Shown: positions 25,696 through 34,655 of the stretch, in pieces
Position numbering within the stretch: position 1 is the first letter of the stretch
Layout: each line of letters begins with the position of its first letter
Source of the DNA: a virus
Direction: 5' to 3' (one strand)
UHGV virus genome: UHGV-0081096
DNA length: 43,004 bases
Made by a program: the position numbers and the translations under genes
The notes under the pieces: generated by a model
The model's database searches: none
Seen by the model: only the letters and a program-made list of their open reading frames with translations
Told to the model about the DNA's origin: nothing

Positions 25696-26438
25696 GGAAT
25701 GAACACCACTGGCTTAAAAAAAGATTCTTTGATGTTAAGAACGACCCTGATATATTAGCCATCACAACCAATTATAAGTGTAATGAATGGCTAGATGAAG
25801 CTGATTTAAGATTGTTCGATAACATGAAGGAGAAAAATCCTAGGCGATATCAAGTTGCAGGATTAGGAAATTGGGGTATCGTTGATGGATTGGTTTATGA
25901 GAATTGGAAAGAAGAAGAATTTACACTAGATCAAGTCATCAACTGTGATTCTGTAAATGGTATTGACTTTGGGTATACAAATGACCCTGCTGCAGTTTTT
26001 ATAGGTTTCATTAATACAGAACATAAAAAGATTTATGTTTGGGATGAAATTTATAAAAAAGGTCTTTCCAATAAAAAGCTATATGAAGAGATTGAAAACG
26101 CGCATTATCAAAAGAAGTCTTTCACAGCAGACTGTGCAGAACCTAAGTCAATTGATGAGCTTAGAGGGTATGGTCTTCGTGTTGAGAAATCGCAAAAAGG
26201 AAAAGATTCCATCACACATGGGATTCAATATATTCAAGATTTCGAAATCATCATTCATCCTAGATGTGTTAATTTCATAACTGAAATTGGTAACTACACA
26301 TGGGATGAAGATAGGTTAGGAAACAAAATAAATCGTCCAATTGATGATTTCAACCACTTAATGGATGCAATGCGTTATGCAGTTGAAAAATATACATTTG
26401 GACGAGTTAAATTAAGGACATTTAAAGGAGGTATTTAA
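25696..26438 (+). CDS. terL: terminase large subunit, exon 2 (nuclease domain)
   Basis: HWLKKRFF, GIDFGYTNDP, ADCAEPKSI, NHLMDAMRY. Confidence 0.9.
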
Positions 26439-27796
26439 TGAACGCATACATTATTAAACCGGATACGATATTTAAGCTATCTGACGATAAAGACATCATT
26501 AATATTGAAGTGTTGAATGGATTGATAACAAAACATAAGTCGTTAATAACAGACAGGTATAAAAAGCTATATGATGCCTATATTGGTGATTATCCTATCT
26601 TGCATCAACCTGATAAAGCATCTTATAAACCAGATAACCGTGTGGTGGTCAACTTTGCGAAATACATTGTTGATACATTTAACGGGTTTTTTATTGGCGT
26701 TCCAATCAAAGTATCATCTAAGAAACAAGAAATTGATGACTATATCAACTTGTTAGATAAGTATAATGACCAAGATGATAACAATGCAGAACTATCTAAG
26801 ATTTGTAGTGTTTTTGGAAAAGGATATGAATTGTATTTCAATGATGATTATGGAAATTTAGGAATCACTTATTTAGATCCAAGAGAAGGATTCATGGTTT
26901 ATGATGAATCAACAGTTCAGAAACCTAGATTTTTCGTAACTTATCAGATTGTAGACGAGGTCATGCGTGGATATATCTATGACAAGACATATAAGTATGA
27001 GTTCAATGATAAAGGCGGTCTACATGTTTTTAATGGCGTTGAGCATGGCTTTAACGATATTCCTGCTACTGAATTTATTGAAAATGAAGAGCGTATGTCT
27101 ATTTTTGAATCAACATACAGTTTGATTAATGCCTATAACAAAGCAATGTCAGAAAAAGCAAATGATGTTGATTACTTTGCAGATGCCTATTTAAAAATCT
27201 TAGGTCCGAAAGTAGAAGATTCAGATTTGGTACACATTCGTGATAATCGAACAATTAACTTTGAGGCAATGGATGGAAGCGGTGATGGAATTGTAGTTGA
27301 TTTCATGTCAAAGCCAAATGCAGATGCAACTCAAGAGAACCTTATCAACAGATTGGAACGTTTAATCTTCCAAAACTCAATGGTGGCCAATATCAATGAT
27401 GAGAACTTTGGAACGTCATCAGGTATTGCATTGAGATATAAACTTCTTTCTATGTCAAACCTGGCAAAAGCGAAAGAGCGAAAGTTCACATCTGGAATGA
27501 ATCGTAGATATCGAGTCTTATTTAGTAATGCGATTACTCATTTATCTGATAATGATTGGCTAGAGGTTGAATATAAATTCACACAAAACTATCCTGCAAA
27601 CTTATTAGAAGAAGCACAGACTGCTGCACAATTATCAGGAATCGTGTCTCACGAAACCCAGTTGTCGTTTATCTCGGCAGTTGAGGATACGAATGCCGAA
27701 ATGGAACGTATCAAAAAGGAAGATGAGAATGATATGGTAGAAACTGAAAACCGAATCTTCCAAAATAACGAGGATTCGCAATACAATGAGCAGTAA
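26438..27796 (+). CDS. portal protein, SPP1 gp6-like
   Basis: NFAKYIVD...G.P, SGIALRYK motifs; follows terL. Confidence 0.92.
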   Translation: MNAYIIKPDTIFKLSDDKDIINIEVLNGLITKHKSLITDRYKKLYDAYIGDYPILHQPDKASYKPDNRVVVNFAKYIVDTFNGFFIGVPIKVSSKKQEIDDYINLLDKYNDQDDNNAELSKICSVFGKGYELYFNDDYGNLGITYLDPREGFMVYDESTVQKPRFFVTYQIVDEVMRGYIYDKTYKYEFNDKGGLHVFNGVEHGFNDIPATEFIENEERMSIFESTYSLINAYNKAMSEKANDVDYFADAYLKILGPKVEDSDLVHIRDNRTINFEAMDGSGDGIVVDFMSKPNADATQENLINRLERLIFQNSMVANINDENFGTSSGIALRYKLLSMSNLAKAKERKFTSGMNRRYRVLFSNAITHLSDNDWLEVEYKFTQNYPANLLEEAQTAAQLSGIVSHETQLSFISAVEDTNAEMERIKKEDENDMVETENRIFQNNEDSQYNEQ

Positions 27797-29210
27797 TACA
27801 TATTGGCGAGATCGTGAGCTTGAATGGAAAAAGAAACGCTTAAAAGATGAACAGGAATATGCGGATGAGATACAAGAAATATATGCAAACATGATGGATT
27901 CGGTTGAAAAGGAAATCGAATCCTTTTTTACTCGCTATGCCAATAAAGAAAACATCACTATGGCAGAAGCCAAAAAGAGAGTTTCTAACATAGATATCCA
28001 AGCATATCAAAGAAAAGCTAAGAAGTATGTAAAGGAAAAGAACTTTTCAGATGAAGCCAATGAACAGATGAGACTTTATAACCTTGCAATGAAAGTCAAC
28101 CGATTGGAGCTTTTAAAAGCGAACATTGGATTAGAGCTTGTGGCAGGTCATGATGAATTGAAGTCGTATACTGGTGATAAACTGGAAGGAGCTTATTTAG
28201 AAGAGATCAAACGCAATGCTTCTATCTTAGGTGATACTGTGATTGACAATGCTAAGATGGCCAAAACAGTAGCAGATTCATCTTTTAAGAATGCAACCTT
28301 TTCAGAACGAATTTGGGTCAATCAAGACCAGCTAAAAAACAGTTTATCCAGTGTTCTATCCAGTGCATTGATTCAAGGTAAGAATCCAAGAGAGTTTATC
28401 CCTCAGATACGAAAGAAATTCGATGTATCAAGATGCAATGCAGAAAGATTGTTGCGAACAGAAATTGCACGAGTTCAAACACAAGCGCAGATTGAATCTT
28501 ACGAAGCAAACGGAATAGATGAGTATGAATATGTGGCGTGCGGATTAAAAGACGTGTGTCCATTATGTAAAGAAATGGATGGCAAAACATTCAAGCTTAA
28601 AGACATGGAAATAGGCAAGAACGCTCCACCTTTACATTCGAATTGTCATTGTGCGCTCGCACCTTATTCAGACCGCAAGGAGTATGAAAAATGGCTCAAT
28701 GGATTAGCGAATGGAGGACACGATCTAAGGTTTGATGAGTGGAAAGAACTAGAGGCTAAAACAAATAACTCTGGTGCATTAAATGGTGCTTGGAATAACG
28801 AAAATGACCCAAACTATAAAAAAAGAGACGAGATTGCAAAAGCACTGTACGCTCAAATTACAAATAGAAAAAAATCTTATGAGATAAAACAAGTAGCTAA
28901 AAATTCAGGCTTTACAGAGGAAGAGGTAAGTAATATATATGAACATGTGTTTATTCGCAAACATAAATTTAGAAGTGGAGAAATAAAAAAGTTCGACCCT
29001 GACTATTATATGGCACATTCTTGGCTTAGACTTAGACAGGGAAAGGATATTCAAAAACACGATATAACAATGTTAAATCATGAATTAGCTGAAGAGGAAG
29101 AAATGCAAGATAGCCTCGATGTTATATATGAAGATAGTCATGAAAGAGTCCAAAAAATATATAATTATCAAAAAGAATTGCTTGAGTATCTTAAGGACCA
29201 TGATGTATAA
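27786..29210 (+). CDS. minor head protein (MuF/SPP1 gp7) with C-terminal extension
   Basis: YW..R, RLLRTE, CPLC, PPLHSNCHC, then ~150 extra aa with HE..E...H. Confidence 0.88.
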   Translation: MSSNTYWRDRELEWKKKRLKDEQEYADEIQEIYANMMDSVEKEIESFFTRYANKENITMAEAKKRVSNIDIQAYQRKAKKYVKEKNFSDEANEQMRLYNLAMKVNRLELLKANIGLELVAGHDELKSYTGDKLEGAYLEEIKRNASILGDTVIDNAKMAKTVADSSFKNATFSERIWVNQDQLKNSLSSVLSSALIQGKNPREFIPQIRKKFDVSRCNAERLLRTEIARVQTQAQIESYEANGIDEYEYVACGLKDVCPLCKEMDGKTFKLKDMEIGKNAPPLHSNCHCALAPYSDRKEYEKWLNGLANGGHDLRFDEWKELEAKTNNSGALNGAWNNENDPNYKKRDEIAKALYAQITNRKKSYEIKQVAKNSGFTEEEVSNIYEHVFIRKHKFRSGEIKKFDPDYYMAHSWLRLRQGKDIQKHDITMLNHELAEEEEMQDSLDVIYEDSHERVQKIYNYQKELLEYLKDHDV

Positions 29211-29234
29211 TTTCATATAGAAAGAGGTGGTAAA

Positions 29235-29453
29235 ATGATTACATTTGAGCTATTAGAATATAAAAATGGCAGATATGTGTATTTGTTTTCACCTGACATA
29301 GACCCAAACGCAAAAGGAAAAGTTGCGATATACGATGATGGGAATCGCGAAGTGTTAGAACAGTCATCCGTTGATGTTAAGCAGTATTATGCAGGCCATG
29401 CTCTATGGGGCATTTCAGCAGGAGAAAAGGCAGGCACTGTTGCTTGGTGCTAA
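29235..29453 (+). CDS. small protein, candidate immunity partner of the MuF extension
   Basis: GAGGTG RBS; directly after MuF, followed by a terminator. Confidence 0.5.
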   Translation: MITFELLEYKNGRYVYLFSPDIDPNAKGKVAIYDDGNREVLEQSSVDVKQYYAGHALWGISAGEKAGTVAWC

Positions 29454-29473
29454 AGATTTTAACTTTAAAACAC

Positions 29474-29498
29474 AGGTCACTCAAACGAGTGGCCTTTT
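29474..29498 (+). terminator. rho-independent terminator
   Basis: AGGTCACTC/GAGTGGCCT + T run. Confidence 0.65.
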
Positions 29499-29521
29499 AT
29501 TATGCAAGGGAGTGATACTAT

Positions 29522-29830
29522 GTGATAAAAATTAAGATTAAACAGACAGAAAGTGATTGTCTGATTGAAGTACATGGCCATGCGCATTACGCTCCAATAG
29601 GAAAAGATATCGTCTGCAGCGCTATCTCAGTACTGTTTGCGACATTGGCCAATTCAATCGACGAAACATCCGATGCACTTTGCAGATATTACGAACCTGA
29701 TAAAGATAGCAAGACGTTGTATATCTCAGGACTAGATCTTGCTGGAGAATTAGCAATAAATTTCTTCAGAATTGGATGCAAAGGCACAGAAGAAGCATAT
29801 CCTGAATGTGTGGAACTGAGAGATGTGTAA
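29522..29830 (+). CDS. prp: Prp-family cysteine protease (ribosomal-processing protease homologue)
   Basis: GHA...G.DIVCSAIS catalytic His/Cys motif; YPE C-terminus. Confidence 0.88.
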   Translation: MIKIKIKQTESDCLIEVHGHAHYAPIGKDIVCSAISVLFATLANSIDETSDALCRYYEPDKDSKTLYISGLDLAGELAINFFRIGCKGTEEAYPECVELRDV

Positions 29831-29990
29831 TCACAAATATTTGGAGCGTGTCGAAAAGGTTTATTTTGATCAATGGCTAGAGTGCATCGTTGAAGTACGT
29901 AATCAACGGTGCATTTTTTGTGGAAAATCCAAGACTTATAAAGCCTACATATCCACAGTACCAAACAAGACCAAGCATTCACGTCGTTAA
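29823..29990 (+). CDS. 55-aa putative Zn-binding protein
   Basis: MCNHKY...CIFCGK; overlaps prp stop. Confidence 0.5.
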   Translation: MCNHKYLERVEKVYFDQWLECIVEVRNQRCIFCGKSKTYKAYISTVPNKTKHSRR

Positions 29991-30037
29991 ACTGTATGGG
30001 TTATAGGCCAAGCATTTAAGCCTTAAAAAGATATGGG
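29971..30037 (+). repeat. two 30-nt imperfect repeats upstream of the scaffold gene
   Basis: CCAAGCATT-N15-TATGGG at 29971-30000 and 30008-30037. Confidence 0.7.
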
Positions 30038-30078
30038 AAATGACAAGCAAAGTCAGAAAAATAGGAGGAAATATAAAT

Positions 30079-30699
30079 ATGAAAAAATTCAATTACAGAC
30101 TACCTTTTTGCTTACAACTTTTTGCAGATGAAACTTCAGGTGAAAACGAGGGCGCTCAATCAACAAATACTCAATCAACTGAAGGGCAAGACAACCAAGA
30201 AAAAGACAAATCATCTGAAAAGAAATATTCAGATAAAGATTTGGATGCGATTCTTGATAAAAGGTTTGCACGTTGGAAAGCAGATCAAGAAAAAGAAAAA
30301 AAAGAAGCTAAGCGCTTAGCCGACATGAATGCTCAAGAACGAGCAGAAGCAGAACGTGACAAGGTACAAAAAGAGTTGGATGAATTGAAAGCAAAAAATG
30401 CGATTGCAGAAATGACAAATGAAGCACGCAAAATGTGCACAGAGCACAATATTAACGTTGGTGATGACCTTTTATCTGTTCTAGTTAATCAAGATGCAGA
30501 TAAAACAAAGAAAGCGGTTGATGCATTTGTTAAGATGTTTGAATCTGAAGTAGAAAAAGCAGTTAAAGAAAAACTGAAAGGTAACGGTCCTAAACGTGGA
30601 GGTTCAAACAAAGGGGTAACTCGTGAATCAATCTTGAATATCACTGATCCAATGGAAAGACAACGCATGATTGCGGAAAATATGGATTTATTCCAGTAA
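30079..30699 (+). CDS. head scaffolding protein (DUF4355-like)
   Basis: AGGAGG RBS; LQLFA motif; charged coiled coil; precedes capsid. Confidence 0.85.
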   Translation: MKKFNYRLPFCLQLFADETSGENEGAQSTNTQSTEGQDNQEKDKSSEKKYSDKDLDAILDKRFARWKADQEKEKKEAKRLADMNAQERAEAERDKVQKELDELKAKNAIAEMTNEARKMCTEHNINVGDDLLSVLVNQDADKTKKAVDAFVKMFESEVEKAVKEKLKGNGPKRGGSNKGVTRESILNITDPMERQRMIAENMDLFQ

Positions 30700-30720
30700 T
30701 AGAAAAAGGAGAACTAACAT

Positions 30721-31926
30721 ATGAAAAAAATTTATAAAGGTATGAACTTGCAAATGTTTGCAGCACCTACAGGATTAACAGGAGCAGATAACATCCAAGT
30801 TAGAGCACATGAAATTGATTTTGTTACTAGTTTTGGAAAGAATATCCAAGCTTTATTGGATGTATTAGGAATCATTCGCCCAATTCGTAAAGCAAATGGT
30901 TCTGTTTTAAAAACAAAGAAAGTAACAGGAACATTACAGGATGGAAAGGTAGCAGAAGGTGAATCTATTCCATTAAGCGAATACAAAGTTGAAGAAGAAG
31001 TGTTCGATACAATTCGAATCGAGAAATTCCGTAAAGCAGTCTCTATTGAAGCTATTGCAGAGAAAGGATATGAAGCTGCAGTATCTGATACTGATGAACA
31101 GTTCCGTATTGATTTGCAAGATAACATCACTGATCGCTTATATAAACAGTTGAATTTAGGTAGCTTAGTAGGACATGAAGCTACTTGGCAAATGGCTATC
31201 GCAATGGCAATCGGTAATGTTAAACACAAATTCCAACAGATGAAACGAAATACTACTGGTATTGCCGTATTCGTCAACACATTGGATGCTTACCGCTATT
31301 TAGGAGAAGCTAATGTATCTATGCAGACTGCATTCGGTTTAACATACATTAAGAGCTTCTTAGGAGCAGATATTGTATTCTTAACAGATCGAGTTGCAGA
31401 AAAAACAGTAGTGGCTACTCCAATGAACAACATCATTGCATATTACGTAGATCCAAGTGATTCTGAATTTGTAAAAGCAGGACTTTCATATACTACAGAT
31501 AGCACTACTGGTTTCTTAGGATTCCATGTAGAAGGAAACTATGATCGTGCTATTTCTGATATGTTCGCTATTATGGGATTACGTTTAATGTGTGAATATC
31601 AAGATGCAATTGCACACTTTGCAGTAGGAGGTGCAAATACTCAAACATTACGTGATTTAACATTGACTGCTTCTCAAGGTGAAGAATCAGGAACTACAAA
31701 AGTTGCAGTTGCAGAACAGTTACAATCTATGAAGAACAAATTCAAATATAAGGTAGGAGCTTCTGAAGAAACTGTTGCTTATGGTGCAGACGTAAAAACA
31801 TGGAAGAATTTCGAAGAAGGAGCAGATATTAAAGCAGAAACAACTAATCACTGTACTGTAGTTGAATGTGATCAAAACTATAAAGCAGTTTCAAAAGGCG
31901 ATGTAGTTGTTGATTTAAAGGCATAG
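30721..31926 (+). CDS. major capsid protein with ~95-aa C-terminal extension
   Basis: LQMFA motif, VAEGESIPLS, position after scaffold. Confidence 0.88.
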   Translation: MKKIYKGMNLQMFAAPTGLTGADNIQVRAHEIDFVTSFGKNIQALLDVLGIIRPIRKANGSVLKTKKVTGTLQDGKVAEGESIPLSEYKVEEEVFDTIRIEKFRKAVSIEAIAEKGYEAAVSDTDEQFRIDLQDNITDRLYKQLNLGSLVGHEATWQMAIAMAIGNVKHKFQQMKRNTTGIAVFVNTLDAYRYLGEANVSMQTAFGLTYIKSFLGADIVFLTDRVAEKTVVATPMNNIIAYYVDPSDSEFVKAGLSYTTDSTTGFLGFHVEGNYDRAISDMFAIMGLRLMCEYQDAIAHFAVGGANTQTLRDLTLTASQGEESGTTKVAVAEQLQSMKNKFKYKVGASEETVAYGADVKTWKNFEEGADIKAETTNHCTVVECDQNYKAVSKGDVVVDLKA

Positions 31927-31936
31927 GTGATTGAAT

Positions 31937-32266
31937 ATGTCGACAACAACCGTATTAAATGATGTAAAACTGCTTCTTGGTTTGCAAACTGATGATGAAA
32001 AGCTAGATACCATTGTAAGACTTACGGAAGGTCGACTTAAAGCGCTTCTAAGCGTAAAAATCATACCGGATGAACTCGAATATATCATTACAGAAGTGTC
32101 TATCAAACGCTTTAATAGGATTGGTTCTGAAGGTGTTCAAACGCATTCAGTAGAAGGGGAGTCAATGTCATTTAACGATGATGACTTCTCTTCTTTCTCT
32201 TCTGAGATTCAATCTTGGAGAGATGAACAAGCCAATCAAAATAAAGGAAAGGTTCGGTTCTTATGA
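31937..32266 (+). CDS. head-tail connector protein
   Basis: IP.EL.YI..EV...RFNRIGSEG...SVEG. Confidence 0.85.
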   Translation: MSTTTVLNDVKLLLGLQTDDEKLDTIVRLTEGRLKALLSVKIIPDELEYIITEVSIKRFNRIGSEGVQTHSVEGESMSFNDDDFSSFSSEIQSWRDEQANQNKGKVRFL

Positions 32267-32565
32267 GGTACGATAAACCTATTTACTTTCAAAGATTTGT
32301 GCAAGGTTCTTATAACGAGAACACAGGCAATTATGATGATGATTCACCTGTAGAAGAAATGGTAATGGCTTCCGTAATGGATACAAGAACTGAAACTATG
32401 ATGCAGATATACGGACAAATTAGACAAGGTAGCCTTACTTGTCATATACAGAACATCTATCAAAAGCCTTTTGATCATATTCGAATCGGTACAAAAAAAT
32501 ACAAAGTTGATTATTCAAGAAGACTCCGTACAAAGGAGTCTTTTATTCTGTCTGAGGTGCAATAA
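32263..32565 (+). CDS. head closure protein
   Basis: MRYD...Y...TG.Y; synteny. Confidence 0.7.
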   Translation: MRYDKPIYFQRFVQGSYNENTGNYDDDSPVEEMVMASVMDTRTETMMQIYGQIRQGSLTCHIQNIYQKPFDHIRIGTKKYKVDYSRRLRTKESFILSEVQ

Positions 32566-32913
32566 ATGGCAAAAGTTGAAATAAGAGGATTAGACAAACT
32601 GCAGAAGAAGCTAAAAAAGAATTGTTCTTTGGAAGATGTGAAAACAGTAGTCAAACAAAACGGTATAGAATTGCAAAGTAAAACTGTTAGCAATGCGGTA
32701 TTTAAAGGGGACTATACAATAGGAACAACTAAAAAGAGTATCAGAGGTGAAACACGTGATGGTGGATTCACATATGCAGAAGGGCCAACAACACATTATG
32801 CGCCTTACGTTGAATTTGGAACACGTTTTATGGATGCACAACCATTTGTTAGACCTGAATTCAAACAACAAGTGCCAATGTTCAAGTCAGATATGAAAAA
32901 GCTAGTTAAGTAG
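32566..32913 (+). CDS. HK97 gp10-like neck protein
   Basis: YAPYVEFGTRFMDAQPF. Confidence 0.85.
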   Translation: MAKVEIRGLDKLQKKLKKNCSLEDVKTVVKQNGIELQSKTVSNAVFKGDYTIGTTKKSIRGETRDGGFTYAEGPTTHYAPYVEFGTRFMDAQPFVRPEFKQQVPMFKSDMKKLVK

Positions 32914-32921
32914 GTGATGAT

Positions 32922-33332
32922 ATGGATTCTCAGCAGGAATTATTTAGTGCATTACTAGTGCAATTAAAAAAAGAGTTAAAAAGCAAAGGAGTTAGCGTAT
33001 ATGACACGTTCCTTCCATGTGAAGGGACACCATATCCATATGTTTATATCGGTAGCAGCCAACTTGTTGATGATTATGGAAATAAAACAATGATTCTAGG
33101 CAATATCACGCAAGTTGTGGATGTATGGCACAACAATCCTAGGAAACGTGGAGAATTGTCTGAAATTATGCAAATCATTAAGAAAGTGGCTAGACAAATT
33201 AACCACACAAACAATTTTGCTTTTATGATCCAAAATATCAACCAACGGATATTGTCGGATTCTAGTACAGGGGCACCATTGATGCATGGTGTTCTTGAGT
33301 TGGATTTCAAGATTACAGGAGGAAGAAAATAA
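32922..33332 (+). CDS. tail terminator/completion protein
   Basis: VYD..P....YPYV..G, HGVLEL; synteny. Confidence 0.75.
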   Translation: MDSQQELFSALLVQLKKELKSKGVSVYDTFLPCEGTPYPYVYIGSSQLVDDYGNKTMILGNITQVVDVWHNNPRKRGELSEIMQIIKKVARQINHTNNFAFMIQNINQRILSDSSTGAPLMHGVLELDFKITGGRK

Positions 33333-33868
33333 TGAAATTTGATTTACAAATGTTCGCAGATGAAGTAATTGAAGCGGTAAATGGTAAGCAGCTTATTTAT
33401 CTTTTCAGAGTTGCAAAAGATTCAAAGAAAGAAAATGCTAGTGCAATTGCTTTCCCAACAGAAAACGAACGTAACGTTACAAAAGATGCAGATACAACTG
33501 CTACAAAAGATGGAGCTATTCGTACACCATCAGTGGCAGAAATTGAAATCACATCGACATCTATTATGCCAAAAGGTGATGCGATCATTGATAAATTAGA
33601 AAAGGCTATGTTGGCAGATGAATTAGTCGAATGTTGGGAAGTAAATCTAGCGGAAGAAGGAACTGAAACAAATGTCGGTAAGTTTAAAGCCAAATACTAC
33701 CAAGGATATTTAACAGAATGCTCGACTTCATCTGAAGCAGAAGGCTATGTGGAAGTTGATTTAACGTTTGGAGCAAATGGAAATGGTGCAGATGGATATG
33801 CATCAGTAACTAAAGAACAACAGGAAATCGCATCTTACATTTATAAGGATGTAACTAAGGAAGCGTAA
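33332..33868 (+). CDS. major tail protein (TP901-1 family)
   Basis: TATKDG motif, YYQGY; N-terminal LQMFA. Confidence 0.85.
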   Translation: MKFDLQMFADEVIEAVNGKQLIYLFRVAKDSKKENASAIAFPTENERNVTKDADTTATKDGAIRTPSVAEIEITSTSIMPKGDAIIDKLEKAMLADELVECWEVNLAEEGTETNVGKFKAKYYQGYLTECSTSSEAEGYVEVDLTFGANGNGADGYASVTKEQQEIASYIYKDVTKEA

Positions 33869-33880
33869 TAAACGCATGAT

Positions 33881-33901
33881 GGGGCAGAAATTGCCCCTTT
33901 T
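33881..33901 (+). terminator. terminator after major tail gene
   Basis: GGGGCA/TGCCCC + T run. Confidence 0.65.
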
Positions 33902-33931
33902 ATATTTGTATTTAGAAAGTGAGGACTTTGA

Positions 33932-34303
33932 ATGAGTAAATACATGGAAATTGAAGTAAATGGAGAAATTTATAAATTAGTAGCAGGATTTGGATTCTTG
34001 CATGAAGTTAATAAAAAGCTAGCCGTTGATGTACAAAGCACAGGGAAAAAAAAAGAAATTGGATTGAAATATATGGTTGCAAGCATCATTGAAGGAGATA
34101 TTGATGCGTTAGTAGATTGTATTTTCTACATGAATAGCGGACAGTCTCCTAGATTGAAAAAAGCACAGATTGAAAGCTATCTAGAAGATGTTGAAGACAT
34201 TGATAAAGTTTTCGAGGATGTAATCAATTTTTTATCTCATGCGAATGTATGCAGAAAAGAAGTGATGCAACTAATGAGCGTACAGGAAGCAGAGACGAAG
34301 TAG
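33932..34303 (+). CDS. tail assembly chaperone (G)
   Basis: between major tail and tape measure; GFGFLHE motif; slippery T TTT TTA at 34228-34234. Confidence 0.85.
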   Translation: MSKYMEIEVNGEIYKLVAGFGFLHEVNKKLAVDVQSTGKKKEIGLKYMVASIIEGDIDALVDCIFYMNSGQSPRLKKAQIESYLEDVEDIDKVFEDVINFLSHANVCRKEVMQLMSVQEAETK

Positions 34304-34653
34304 AAGAAACATTTGAAGAAATGTATGAACGTGTTGTAATGACTTGTTTTAGATACCTAGACTTCAAAAGTTTGGAGCAAGTGAACAATATTACTCCTTA
34401 CGAATATCGGCTCTTAATGAAGTCTAAAGAGCTTCAAATCGTAGATAAACAATACGAAATCCACTTGCAAGCCTATTTGAATATGACAGCGCGAGCAAGA
34501 AGGCGTGCAGGCAAAAAGTTAAAGCCTGTATATACGAAGTTCGATAAATTCTTTGATTATCAAAAGCAGTTGGACAGAGTTATGGGTATTAAGAAGAAAA
34601 GCAAGTTTGATGGTTTAGCACAGTTCATAAAAGAACAAAAGAAGGAGGGATAA
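34228..34653 (+). CDS. tail assembly chaperone -1 frameshift extension (GT)
   Basis: -1 frame open from the slippery heptamer through the ORF ending 34653. Confidence 0.7.
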   Translation, partial: FFISCECMQKRSDATNERTGSRDEVEETFEEMYERVVMTCFRYLDFKSLEQVNNITPYEYRLLMKSKELQIVDKQYEIHLQAYLNMTARARRRAGKKLKPVYTKFDKFFDYQKQLDRVMGIKKKSKFDGLAQFIKEQKKEG

Positions 34654-34655
34654 CA

